Of a DNA stretch of 64,000 nt, positions 28,828 to 38,489 are shown piece after piece (position 1 is the stretch's first letter; every line of letters begins with the position of its first letter). The notes under the pieces are model-generated. The model ran no database searches. It was not told the origin of the DNA and saw only the letters and a list, made by a program, of their open reading frames with translations. The stretch is taken from the NCBI GenBank assembly GCA_027492205.1, contig JAOZFN010000012.1, forward strand, positions 20,954 through 84,953, written 5' to 3'. Position numbers and translations under genes: made by a program. The stretch comes from Thermoproteota archaeon. GTDB taxonomy: Archaea > Korarchaeota > Korarchaeia > Korarchaeales > Korarchaeaceae.

Positions 28828-30141
28828 CTAGGACCCGCTCCCGGCGGACGCCCAGCCCAGCCTCCCAATCCAGGTGAGGGAAGCCGCGGCCGAGAAGGCG
28901 GCGAGGAGGAGGCCAGACGTGATTGCGGTCTCGACCACCCCAACCGAGTCCCCGAGCCGGCCGCCGGCCGCGATGCCCGCGGCGAGCGCCACGGAGAGCA
29001 CCGAGTCCACGACCGCGAGACCCCTGCCCCTAGAGCCCTCCGGGAGGTGTGCCAAGAGGTAGCTCCTCCACGAGACCCAAAGCACCGCCTCGAGAACGCC
29101 AAAGAGGGCGCCGACCACGTAGGGGTTGGGGAACACGGGGAACAGAATCGTCGTGACGCCTTGAAGGCCAAAGGCCATCGAGATCAGGGTTCCCGTCCTC
29201 CTCGACGTGTCGACGCCCTCCATGGCGACGTAGGCGGCCGCCGAGGCCAACGACATGGACAGGAAGAGGTCTCCGTAGGCCCCCGGCCCCAGGTCCGAGA
29301 GTACGGGGGCCCAGAGCGCCCTCCCCATCCCGAACAGGGCGTTCCCCGCGAGCCCGTAGGCCACCAAGGGGACAATCTCTGGGGTGAGCAGGGGGCGGAT
29401 TCCCGGGATCCGCTCCCTCCGACCATCCCCACGCCCCCCGTCGACCGAGGGGCCTAGGGAGCCCGCCCCCAGCCGAGCGAAGAGGGTTCCCGAGACGAGG
29501 AACAGGGCGGCAGACAGCAAGGCGGCCGGCCGGTGGCGCTCCTGGGCCTCTAGGACCCTCCCTCCCAGGGAGTAACCAACCCCGCTCCCCACCGAGTCGG
29601 CCAGGCTTATTCTGGAGACCAGCCTCTGAAGGGCCGGGCTCACCCCGCCCGACACCTCCGGGAGGGAGGCCTCGAGGCCGTAGCCCCAGAGGTCGAGGGG
29701 CAGGGAGGCGGCGACGGCGGCGGCCCACGCGCCGGCCGTCCCGAGGTCCAGCATACGCTGCGACGCGGCCGACACCACCGACGCGAGGAGGAGGCCTAGG
29801 AGCGCCGCCCTCCTGGCGCCAAGCCTGTCCACGACCCAGCCGGCAACGACGGACGTGACGACGTATGGGATCATCTCGAAGACGAGGGTGAGCCCGTAGC
29901 CCAGCGAAGTCCCGGTGGCCTCGTATCCAACCCACTCTATCGCCACGTAGAGGACGCCGGACGCCACCGACGCGGTGAGCGTCGCTGCCAGCAGCGCCAA
30001 GACCTCCCTCCACCGCAACCAGGCCTCCCTCCCGGTGGCCCCGCCGAGGAGATCAGCGGGTATCCAGCCCGCGCCGCGCGGCCGAACGAGGGCTCTCGGG
30101 CGCCCTCCAGCAGCGGGGCAGCTGGTCCGGCTTGCCCCCAA
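28828..30141 (-). CDS. MFS transporter (start uncertain)
   Basis: GWVVDRLGARR motif A, about 12 TM helices, PEGSRGRG. Confidence 0.75.
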   Translation of the reverse strand: MGASRTSCPAAGGRPRALVRPRGAGWIPADLLGGATGREAWLRWREVLALLAATLTASVASGVLYVAIEWVGYEATGTSLGYGLTLVFEMIPYVVTSVVAGWVVDRLGARRAALLGLLLASVVSAASQRMLDLGTAGAWAAAVAASLPLDLWGYGLEASLPEVSGGVSPALQRLVSRISLADSVGSGVGYSLGGRVLEAQERHRPAALLSAALFLVSGTLFARLGAGSLGPSVDGGRGDGRRERIPGIRPLLTPEIVPLVAYGLAGNALFGMGRALWAPVLSDLGPGAYGDLFLSMSLASAAAYVAMEGVDTSRRTGTLISMAFGLQGVTTILFPVFPNPYVVGALFGVLEAVLWVSWRSYLLAHLPEGSRGRGLAVVDSVLSVALAAGIAAGGRLGDSVGVVETAITSGLLLAAFSAAASLTWIGRLGWASAGSGS

Positions 30142-30183
30142 CTCGACTTAATTATCCCCCCGACAGCCGTCGGCTGAGGCGGG

Positions 30184-33100
30184 TTGAGGGTCCAGTCGCT
30201 GCCTCTGCTGGCGCTGCTCCTCTTCTCCACTCTGGCGGCCGGAGGCGGGCCCCCGTCGGCGGTCCATCAGGGGGCGGAGGGCCCCGAGCTCGGCGTCTAC
30301 GAGCCCTGCCCCTCCCCCGGGGACTGCGACGTGAGGGCGGGCCTCAGGAGGATCGTGGAGGCCGGGGGGAACGCCGTCCTGGTGACGGTGGTCGACGGCG
30401 AGAGCGCCCTCTACCCCTCGAGGGTCCTTCCGATGGCGGACTACGCCGACCCGGGATACGTCTCGAGCGTGGTGAGGGAGGCGCACCGCCTGGGCCTGAG
30501 GGTCTACGCCTGGGTCAACATCCCGCACGAGCACTGGCTTAGGGATCACCCGGACTGGATCGCGGTGCTTTCCGACGGGAGGCCGGCGGACTTCTACGAG
30601 GACGACTACTTCCACAGGATAGTCTCCCCGGCAAGGCTCGTGAGGGAGCCCGAGTGCGTCTCGACCCTCAGGGCCCTCTTCAGGGAGATCGCGTCCATGG
30701 GCTTCGACGGCGTGGACGTGAACGACAACTTCCAGTTCTCCGACCAGTACATCGAGTCCCAGGACGTCTCGCTACTCACGAGCTACGACGAGTTCACCGT
30801 GAGGGCGTTCGAGGAGGACACGGGCATCCACGTCCCCGGATCCGGCCCGAGGGAGTGGGCAAGGTTCCTGGAGTCCGACGAGGACGCCTGGCGGGCCTGG
30901 GTGAGGTGGAGGGCTAGGCAGGTCACGAGGCTGATCGAGACCATCGCCGGCGCGGTCCACGAGGTAGACCCGAACCTGCCGGTTAGGCCTCACCTGCTGA
31001 TCTGGGACCCCCTCGCCACCTACGGGCTTGACTACGCCGCCCTGGCGGAGGCGACCGGGACGGGAACCCTCTACGTGATGGTCCCGTCGGAGGAGCCGAG
31101 GGCCTGGCACGTGCGGGCCGTGACCCAGGCCAGGCGCGCCGGGGCGAGGGTCGTGGTGGCCTCCACGTACCTCCACGGGATCTCCGACTCGGAGGACCCG
31201 GTGGGCGAGGCGAGGAGGAGGGGGATGTGGCTGGCGGAGGCGGGGGCCGACGCCCTGTACGTCCACTGGTTCGGGGACGCCGAGGGCCTCTCCCTCTGGG
31301 ACGCGGTTCGCGCCGTCTTCCAGGGGTTCTTGGAGGTGAAGTCGGCCGGGGAGAGGTTTCGATGGCTCTACGGGGCAAGGGCCGTCTCGCTCTGGATGGG
31401 ACCGGAGGAGGCGGCCGAGGCTGACGTGGCCTCGGTCGTGGGGAGGCTGGCCGGCCAGGGGGTGAGCCTCATCGAGCTGGACGTGGGACTCAGCTCCTAC
31501 AGCCTGATGTACGACGATCGCGGGTTCGAGGAAGTCCTGCGGGTGGTCAGGGAGGTCGCCGACGAGGCGCACGGGAGGGGACTCAGGGTGGCCGTTTACC
31601 TCCCGGCGCTCGAGGTGGTGTCAGACGCGACCGCCGGACGGACGTTCTGGGTCGAGCACGGGGGGTGGGTGCAGAGGGCGCTGGACGGTACACCTCTCCT
31701 GGCCACCGGGAGGGAGCTGGACGTGGTCTGGGTGGGGCCTTACGAGGAGGACGCCTGGGTCTCTCCAGCGTCCCCCCACAGGTGGGTGATAGCGGACCGG
31801 GCCAGGAGGCTCGTGGAGGAGGGTGGGGCCGACGCGGTGTGGCTGGACGTCCCCCACATGCCCTCCTACCTGACGGAGGAGCTGAGCGACCTGTGGCCCG
31901 ACGCCTCCGAGTGGGGGGCCCGGTCGTTCGGGGAGCTCTACTGGGACGACCCGCCGTCGAAGCCCGACTGGGACGACCCGGCCTTCAGGAAGTGGCTGGC
32001 GTGGAGACACGAGGTCACGCTGGACTTCGTCCTCGAGGTGGCCGAGGCCGTCTACGAGGCTGGAGGCGTGCTGATGGTCGAGACCTCGGCCAACGACGCC
32101 TCGGGCAACGAGCTGGGCTTCGACCCCACGCTGCTGAGGTGGTGCCCCATAGTGGCGCTGGTTCCCGAGATAGGCCCGCCGGCCTGGGGAGAGCGGGCCG
32201 GGGCGGATGTTAGGGCCTGGTCGGACTACCTGGCCATGCTTAAGCACGCCAGGTCCTGCACCCCGGGCAGGCCGGTCCTGCCGCTGACCTACGGCGTTAA
32301 CCCGGCGGACGCTGCCAGGCAGCTGGCCCTCGTGCTCGCCTCGGCGGACGGGTTCTTCGAGACGAACTTCGACGGCTACATGACCGGGTCCGTCGGTCCC
32401 GAGTTCAGGGAGAGGGCCTTCAGGCTCGTCAGCCTCCTCTCGGGGCCGAGGCTGTCCGAGGCAAGGGTGGCCGTGCTCTTCTCCAGGGCCTCGAGGGACT
32501 ACGTGGACGGCTACGTCAACGACATCTACGACGCGTCGGGCACGACCCACATGGCCGCCTTCAGGGGGGCGGTGGAGGCGCTGGTGAGGGCGGGGGTGCA
32601 GTTTGACGTCCTCCCGGTGGAGGAGCTGGGGCCCGGGGAGCTCGATGGGTACGAGGCCGTCGTGGCGCCTCAGGTGAGGTGCCTTGGCGAAGGCGCCAGG
32701 CGCGCCCTCTTGGAGTATGGGGGGACCCTGCTCGTGATCGGAGAGCTCGGGTCTATGGATGAACTGGGAGGCCCAGCTGAGCCGCTGGAGGTGGGGGTGA
32801 AGGTGACGGTAGGAGACCTCGCAGACCTCCTGGCGGAGTACGCCTCGGAGGTTGAGGCGCCCGGGGGTGTGGTGGTCGAGGAGTTCTCGATCCCCGGGTG
32901 CAGGCTCGCGGCGGTCGTGGCCACCGCCGGCGCCGGCGGTGAGTTCCGGGTGCCCGAAGGCTCCTGGGTCCTGAGCCTGGACTCCTGGTCGGCCTGGCCG
33001 TCCGACGGGGCCGAGCCCACCCCTGACTCGGCCGCCCTCGTGATCTTGGAGGCGTTGCCGGGCGGCGGGAATCTGGACCTGGGCCGAGCCTTGGCCTGGG

Positions 33101-33510
33101 CCCCCTCGTCGGTGGACTCGGACCTCAACCCCGAGGCGCGGCGCCTCACGGGAACCGAGCTCCCCTCCACGGTGATAGCCCTGGGAGGCCCCCAGGTCTA
33201 TCCCGGAGTGTGGAAGGGATCGGAGGTCGAGTTCCTGAGGGACGGAGGGCCCTATCACGCCCTCAGATACCCCAACGGCACGCTGGAGTCCTCCTTCGGC
33301 TCGGAGGACTACGCGGTCGTGTGGGTGAGCAGGTGCGGCGGGATCACGCTGGTCAGGGTGGCGGGGGTGACGAGGTTCGGCACCCGGGCCGGTCTCCTCT
33401 GGCTGCTGAGCCGCGGCGAGGTGGACGGGGAGTACACGGTTCTCAGGTGGGTGGACGACGGGGACGGCGCGGTTGAGCTCACGGAGGTCGAGGTCGTGGC
33501 CTCCTGGTAG
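30184..33510 (+). CDS. Large secreted multidomain glycoside-hydrolase-like protein
   Basis: Signal peptide; two TIM-barrel-like units (EAHRLGLRVYAW/HPDW/FDGVDVND; EAHGRGLRVAVY/DAVWLD); GH42-like middle domain; S-layer-like C-terminus. Confidence 0.7.
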   Translation: MRVQSLPLLALLLFSTLAAGGGPPSAVHQGAEGPELGVYEPCPSPGDCDVRAGLRRIVEAGGNAVLVTVVDGESALYPSRVLPMADYADPGYVSSVVREAHRLGLRVYAWVNIPHEHWLRDHPDWIAVLSDGRPADFYEDDYFHRIVSPARLVREPECVSTLRALFREIASMGFDGVDVNDNFQFSDQYIESQDVSLLTSYDEFTVRAFEEDTGIHVPGSGPREWARFLESDEDAWRAWVRWRARQVTRLIETIAGAVHEVDPNLPVRPHLLIWDPLATYGLDYAALAEATGTGTLYVMVPSEEPRAWHVRAVTQARRAGARVVVASTYLHGISDSEDPVGEARRRGMWLAEAGADALYVHWFGDAEGLSLWDAVRAVFQGFLEVKSAGERFRWLYGARAVSLWMGPEEAAEADVASVVGRLAGQGVSLIELDVGLSSYSLMYDDRGFEEVLRVVREVADEAHGRGLRVAVYLPALEVVSDATAGRTFWVEHGGWVQRALDGTPLLATGRELDVVWVGPYEEDAWVSPASPHRWVIADRARRLVEEGGADAVWLDVPHMPSYLTEELSDLWPDASEWGARSFGELYWDDPPSKPDWDDPAFRKWLAWRHEVTLDFVLEVAEAVYEAGGVLMVETSANDASGNELGFDPTLLRWCPIVALVPEIGPPAWGERAGADVRAWSDYLAMLKHARSCTPGRPVLPLTYGVNPADAARQLALVLASADGFFETNFDGYMTGSVGPEFRERAFRLVSLLSGPRLSEARVAVLFSRASRDYVDGYVNDIYDASGTTHMAAFRGAVEALVRAGVQFDVLPVEELGPGELDGYEAVVAPQVRCLGEGARRALLEYGGTLLVIGELGSMDELGGPAEPLEVGVKVTVGDLADLLAEYASEVEAPGGVVVEEFSIPGCRLAAVVATAGAGGEFRVPEGSWVLSLDSWSAWPSDGAEPTPDSAALVILEALPGGGNLDLGRALAWAPSSVDSDLNPEARRLTGTELPSTVIALGGPQVYPGVWKGSEVEFLRDGGPYHALRYPNGTLESSFGSEDYAVVWVSRCGGITLVRVAGVTRFGTRAGLLWLLSRGEVDGEYTVLRWVDDGDGAVELTEVEVVASW

Positions 33511-33565
33511 TCGTCCGGGACATCCCGGGGCCGCCGTGGGCGCCGCCTCGGGGCCGACCTGACGC

Positions 33566-34072
33566 TCAGCCGCGGGGCTCGGATCTCGGTATCAGGTTCT
33601 CGAAGAGGCAGGGGACGTCGGGGACGAGGCCCCTCACCCGACTGGCATACTCCTCGTACTCCCTCCCGAACTTCCGCCTGACCTCCGGCTCCTCCACCAG
33701 GTAGACGAAGGCCACCACCCCGAGCACCTGGACGGGGGTCGCGACGATGAGGTGCGAGAGGGAGTCCAGGGCGAGGGCCAGCCCGACCGAGAGAACCGCC
33801 AGGCCGAGGTGGTTCGGGTGCCTCACGCAAGAGTATATTCCCACGGTGACGAGTCGATCGATCTGGCCGAACCCGCCGGGGCGCGACTTCCCGTACAGCC
33901 TCAGGTGCCTCCCGGCCGAGGCGCTGAGCGCGAACGCCAGGCCGATCAGGAGGAAACCGAGCACCCTTGAGGGGAGGCCCAAGAGGCCTCCCCAGTTCAT
34001 CCTGGCCGAGACTGCGAGCCCGAAGCCGTAGAGAGCCAGCCAGTAGGCGAGCTTCCAGGCCTGAGATCTCAC
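33566..34072 (-). CDS. Isoprenylcysteine carboxyl methyltransferase/PEMT family membrane protein
   Basis: LVTVGIYSCVRHPN, EEPEV...FGREYEEY. Confidence 0.8.
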   Translation of the reverse strand: MRSQAWKLAYWLALYGFGLAVSARMNWGGLLGLPSRVLGFLLIGLAFALSASAGRHLRLYGKSRPGGFGQIDRLVTVGIYSCVRHPNHLGLAVLSVGLALALDSLSHLIVATPVQVLGVVAFVYLVEEPEVRRKFGREYEEYASRVRGLVPDVPCLFENLIPRSEPRG

Positions 34073-34150
34073 GCGATCGACCTCCAGCCTCGGAACCGAA
34101 CGGGGCGCGGACTCAACCGGATCGGCCCGGGTTGGGCCCGAACCCCCGGG

Positions 34151-34664
34151 TCACAGGTAAGCACGGATAGCCCTGCTGCCCTCGGGCCCGAAGATCTCAA
34201 CTATAAACCTCTCGGATGGGTCCTGGACGCCTGACGGCACGTAGACTACCCATAACTCGCCAGGTTCCAGCCTCGGATCCGCTGAGCTGTCCCAGGGCAG
34301 GCCCTTGCAGTCCAGGTAGCACGGCGACAGTGTGTAGGTGCCCGTGGAGTTCCTGAGCACCAGGGCCCAGTCCTGCTCACACCTGTACTCCTCTATAGGC
34401 TCGTCTCCAACGTTCTTTATAGCGACGGATAGGGCCTCCGCCCCTGCAGGGGGCGGGAACCCAGGGGTAGCCCGGGACCGTGTCCCTCGGGTTCACCGAG
34501 ACTATCCCCAGCTGATACTTGACGTGGCTCCTGACCACCGCGCGGTGGACGGCGCCCGTTATGACCTGCCCCACCGGGCTGAATAGGGGCAGGGAGACGG
34601 CCACGGCTATGACCAGCAGGACGACCTCCGCGGCGACCCTCGATATTCCGGCTCCCCTGTTCAT
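34151..34664 (-). pseudogene. Archaeal pilin-like gene split by a frameshift near 34440-34470
   Basis: Class III-like signal RGAG|ISRVAAEVVLLVIAV; continues in another frame as AEALSVAIKNVG...LEPGE...FGPEG. Confidence 0.6.
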
Positions 34665-34715
34665 TAATTAACCCAGTACACAATATTGGGTCGATTCCGG
34701 ACATGACGTTGCCGC

Positions 34716-35606
34716 CTAATTAGCCACGCCCCCGACTAGGTGTCTGTCGAGGAACCCGAGCACCCTGGAGAGGTAGGTCCCTCCCTCGAGCTTTATCGTC
34801 CTGACGTGCTCCGCGTCTGTCTCCCAGAGCTCAACGTCGGGGTTCACGCGCCTGGCCCTCTCGACGAACTCCCTCACCTCCTCGATCCGGACGAGCGGAT
34901 CCCTCCGACCCGCCACCACCAGTAGGGGCTTCTTCACCCTCCCGGCGTACGCCATAACGTCGACGGCCCTGGCTCCGCTCAGCAGGAGCGCGATCGGCTT
35001 GACCAGCGGGTAGATCCACTCGGGCAGCCCGGCGAAGTACCTCAGCCCCCTGGCGCCGGTGCGGTCCATGTCGATGGGCGGGCTGTCCGCCACCGCGCAC
35101 GCCACCCGGTCCCCCTCGGCTAGGGCCCTGATCGCCACCACGCCGCCCATCGAGAAGCCCACCAGGCCCACCCCGCGGGCGGCGCGGGGGTGGTTGGACT
35201 CCAGCCAGTCGAGCGCGGCCCGAAGGTCTTCCAACTCCCTGACGCCGAAGGTGGTCCTCGACCCGCCGCTCCTGCCGTGGGCCCTGAAGTCGAAGGCGAG
35301 GACGTTGTACCCCCGCCTGGCGGCGGCCTCCACCACCGGGGTGATGTAGAAGGCCCACCTGCTGGCGGTGTACCCGTGCAGGGGAATCACCGTGCGGTCA
35401 GACCCGCGGTCGACCCACCAGCCCGAGAGGGTGACCCCGTCGCCAGCGGCGAAGGTCACGTCCTCGTAATCCAGGCCGGCGTCGGCAGGGGTCCACTCCC
35501 CCACGTGCCTCGGCGGGGTGACGAGCCTGTAGCCCACGTAGGACAGGAAGGCCCCCGCCGCCAGGGCGACCGCGAGGGGGAGCGCCAGAGGAGTCACCGC
35601 GCCCAC
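34716..35606 (-). CDS. Alpha/beta hydrolase
   Basis: HGY, DFRAHGRS, GFSMG, D and H of the catalytic triad. Confidence 0.88.
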   Translation of the reverse strand: MGAVTPLALPLAVALAAGAFLSYVGYRLVTPPRHVGEWTPADAGLDYEDVTFAAGDGVTLSGWWVDRGSDRTVIPLHGYTASRWAFYITPVVEAAARRGYNVLAFDFRAHGRSGGSRTTFGVRELEDLRAALDWLESNHPRAARGVGLVGFSMGGVVAIRALAEGDRVACAVADSPPIDMDRTGARGLRYFAGLPEWIYPLVKPIALLLSGARAVDVMAYAGRVKKPLLVVAGRRDPLVRIEEVREFVERARRVNPDVELWETDAEHVRTIKLEGGTYLSRVLGFLDRHLVGGVAN

Positions 35607-36862
35607 TCACCCCCCGCCTCCAGTCTCCTCATCCCCCACACCAGGGGGAGCGCCGTGAACACCAGAAGGGCGCCCAGCGGGAAGAGGATCCTGTAGTTGC
35701 CGCCGAAGAGGTCTACCACCGCGCCGCCCAGGGTCCCGGCCAGCATGACCGGGATGGACTTCGTGGCCTCGTAGACCCCGTAGTACCTGCCCGTGAACGC
35801 CTCCTTCTCGTACTCGGTGAGGAGGTCGCCCACAACCGGGTAGGAGGCGGCCATCAGCGCCCCCCAGCCGACCCCTCCCAGGAACAGGGCGGCCACTATC
35901 TCCCCCCTGGTGTGGACGAACCACCCCCAGGCCAGCGGGAGGGCGAATATCAGGCCACCTATCACTATGCTGAGCCTCCTGCCCACCCTGTCGTAGACGT
36001 ACCCTCCCGGGAGGGAGCCGAGGAGGACGGCGACGTTGAACAGGGCCATCAGGTACAGCCCCAGGGGGGTGACGCTGTCCACGGCCTCCTTGGTGGCAGA
36101 TCCGTGCAGTATGAAGGCCAGTATGCCGTAGAGGAAGATGGCCACGAACTCGAAGCTCATCCACCACAGTATCTGGGCCACGTAGAATCTGAGGAAGTCC
36201 CTGTTGCCGAATATGCTAGCCAGGTACTCGCCGATACCCTCCTCCCCCTCCATCCCCGGCGGCTCGGGCTCCCTAACCTTCAGCACCGTGAAGACGGCGG
36301 CGCCGGCGAGAAATGCCGAGGCGATGGCGAACGGCCCGAAGTGGCCGGCCCCGTACTTCGCCGCCAGCACCCCGCCCACGCCGAACAGGAACAGGTTACC
36401 GGCCCACTCCCCGAGCGTGATGAACCCGCTCGCCTTCCCCCTCTGGCCCGACTCTATGGTGTCCGGCATGAGGGCCCTGAACTGAGCGGTGTAGACGTGC
36501 AGGGAGAGGTAGAGGAACCCGAGGGTCGCGGCGAATCCCCAGAGCGGGACGCCAAGCGCGTACGCCGTGTATATCGTGGCGGAGGCCACGCCCGCCAGGA
36601 TGCCGCCCACCAAGATGAAGGGCCTCCGCCTGCCCATCCGAGAGCGGAGCGTGTCGCTGTAGTACCCCAGGAGGGGCGGCGCCGCCAGGCCGATTATGCC
36701 CTCCAGGGCGAGGATGGCCCCCTTCACGAACGCCGACTCGGTGTAGTGCGAGAGGAGCGGAAAGGAGAAGCCCTTGTTCAGGGCCCACCCAACGCTCCTG
36801 CTGAATCCAAGGATGGAAAGCCCCAGGATGACCCCCCAGTCGAACCTCCTCCCTCTTGTCAC
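35594..36862 (-). CDS. MFS sugar transporter
   Basis: GYYSDTLRSRMGRRRPF, DRVGRR. Confidence 0.85.
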   Translation of the reverse strand: MTRGRRFDWGVILGLSILGFSRSVGWALNKGFSFPLLSHYTESAFVKGAILALEGIIGLAAPPLLGYYSDTLRSRMGRRRPFILVGGILAGVASATIYTAYALGVPLWGFAATLGFLYLSLHVYTAQFRALMPDTIESGQRGKASGFITLGEWAGNLFLFGVGGVLAAKYGAGHFGPFAIASAFLAGAAVFTVLKVREPEPPGMEGEEGIGEYLASIFGNRDFLRFYVAQILWWMSFEFVAIFLYGILAFILHGSATKEAVDSVTPLGLYLMALFNVAVLLGSLPGGYVYDRVGRRLSIVIGGLIFALPLAWGWFVHTRGEIVAALFLGGVGWGALMAASYPVVGDLLTEYEKEAFTGRYYGVYEATKSIPVMLAGTLGGAVVDLFGGNYRILFPLGALLVFTALPLVWGMRRLEAGGEWAR

Positions 36863-36980
36863 GACAATCCCTCCGCGAAGGCGCGAGAGAGCCTGGCCGG
36901 TCGCGGGAGACGCGGCTTACTTATAACAGCCCCTCCGGCCCTCGGCCCCGTCGACGCCGCGGAAGGACCGGTGAGGTCAG

Positions 36981-38489
36981 ATGGGGGTCAGGGTGGTCGT
37001 GGTGGGCGCCGGAGTCGTGGGCGCCAGCGTGGCCAGGGTCCTCAGCAGGTACGAGGGGCTGGAGGTCCACCTCGTAGACGCCAACCCCGACGTGGGCTGG
37101 GGGGTGAGCAAGGCCAACACCGGCATAGTGCACGGCGGCTACGACGACGACCCCGATCGCTTCCCGCTCAGGGCGGAGCTCTGCGCGCTCGGGAACGAGA
37201 TCTGGCACAGGTGGGTCGAGGAGCTCGACGTCCCACACACCTGGAGCGGGGCGCTCGTGGTCGCCCTTGAGGGAGATCAGAGGAGGGAGCTGGAGTCGCT
37301 CCTGGAGAGGGGCAGGAGGAACGGCGTGCCGGAGTTGAGGATAGTCGAGCGGGAGGAGGCCCTGGCCATGGAGCCCAACCTGACCCAAGAAGTCGAGGCG
37401 GCGCTCTGGGCCCCCACGGTTGGGCAGATCCACCCGGTTCGTGCGACGGTGGCCATCGTGGAGAACGCCGTGGACAACGGGGTCAGGGTCCACCTGGAGA
37501 CCGAGGTGAGGGGCGTCAAGGTGGAGGGAGGGGAGGTCAGGGGGCTGGAGACATCCCGCGGATTCCTGGAGGCCGACGTCGTGGTCAACGCCGCGGGCCT
37601 CAGGGCCGACGAGCTCGCGGACATGGCCGGGGTTGAGTTCCCGAGGATCAGGCCGAGGAGGGGAGAGTACTGGATATTCGACCGCTCCGCCGGGCCCAAG
37701 CCGAGGCGGGTCCTGTTCCCCACACCCACTCCGACCAGCAAGGGGGTGGTCGTGACGACGGAGGTGAGCGGGCACCTCATGATAGGCCCGAACGCAGAGG
37801 ACCTCCCTCCGGACGCCAAGGGCGACGTGGGGAACACGGCGAAGGGACTGGAGGAGGTATGGGAGAGGGCCGGGGAGCTCTGGCCCAGGCTGCCGCCCAG
37901 GAGGCTGGTCATAAGGACCTTCGCAGGGCTGAGGCCTGAGCCGGAGGGCGGGGACTTCGTGGTTGGTAATACGGAGGTCTGGGGGTTCGTGAACGCCGCG
38001 GGAACCAGGTCGCCAGGGCTCACGGCGGCCCCGGCCATCGCCCTGAGGGTGAGGGACGCGCTTGTCGAGCTCGGGATCGAGCTCAGGGAGAAGGGCGAGT
38101 GGAAGGCCACGAGGAGGGACATCGAGTCCACCATCGACCTGGGATGGCGGGAGAGGGTCGAGAGGGCCAGAGATGACCCGCTCAGGGGCAGGGTGGTCTG
38201 CAGGTGCAACCTCGTCACCGAGCGCGAGGTGCTGGAGGCGATCGAGAGGATGCGGGCGGTGGGCGTGAGGACCCCGAGCATCGACTCGGTGAAGTTCAGG
38301 ACCGGGGCGACCTCGGGCACCTGCCAGGGGAGCTTCTGCAGGGTCAGGCTCGTCGAGCTCCTGGCCAGGGAGTTCGGCGTTCCCCCGTGGGGGGTCACGC
38401 TGAAGGGGAGGGGGAGCGAGGTGGGCGTCGGTGACGTGAAGGTCCTCCTCAGGGGGGCGAGCACGGGGGGTGAGGGGAGTGAGGAGTAG
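36981..38489 (+). CDS. FAD-dependent glycerol-3-phosphate dehydrogenase-like subunit with BFD-like [2Fe-2S] domain
   Basis: GAGVVG, SKANTGIVHGG, FAGLRP, SPGLTAAPAIA, CRC...CQGSFC. Confidence 0.85.
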   Translation: MGVRVVVVGAGVVGASVARVLSRYEGLEVHLVDANPDVGWGVSKANTGIVHGGYDDDPDRFPLRAELCALGNEIWHRWVEELDVPHTWSGALVVALEGDQRRELESLLERGRRNGVPELRIVEREEALAMEPNLTQEVEAALWAPTVGQIHPVRATVAIVENAVDNGVRVHLETEVRGVKVEGGEVRGLETSRGFLEADVVVNAAGLRADELADMAGVEFPRIRPRRGEYWIFDRSAGPKPRRVLFPTPTPTSKGVVVTTEVSGHLMIGPNAEDLPPDAKGDVGNTAKGLEEVWERAGELWPRLPPRRLVIRTFAGLRPEPEGGDFVVGNTEVWGFVNAAGTRSPGLTAAPAIALRVRDALVELGIELREKGEWKATRRDIESTIDLGWRERVERARDDPLRGRVVCRCNLVTEREVLEAIERMRAVGVRTPSIDSVKFRTGATSGTCQGSFCRVRLVELLAREFGVPPWGVTLKGRGSEVGVGDVKVLLRGASTGGEGSEE

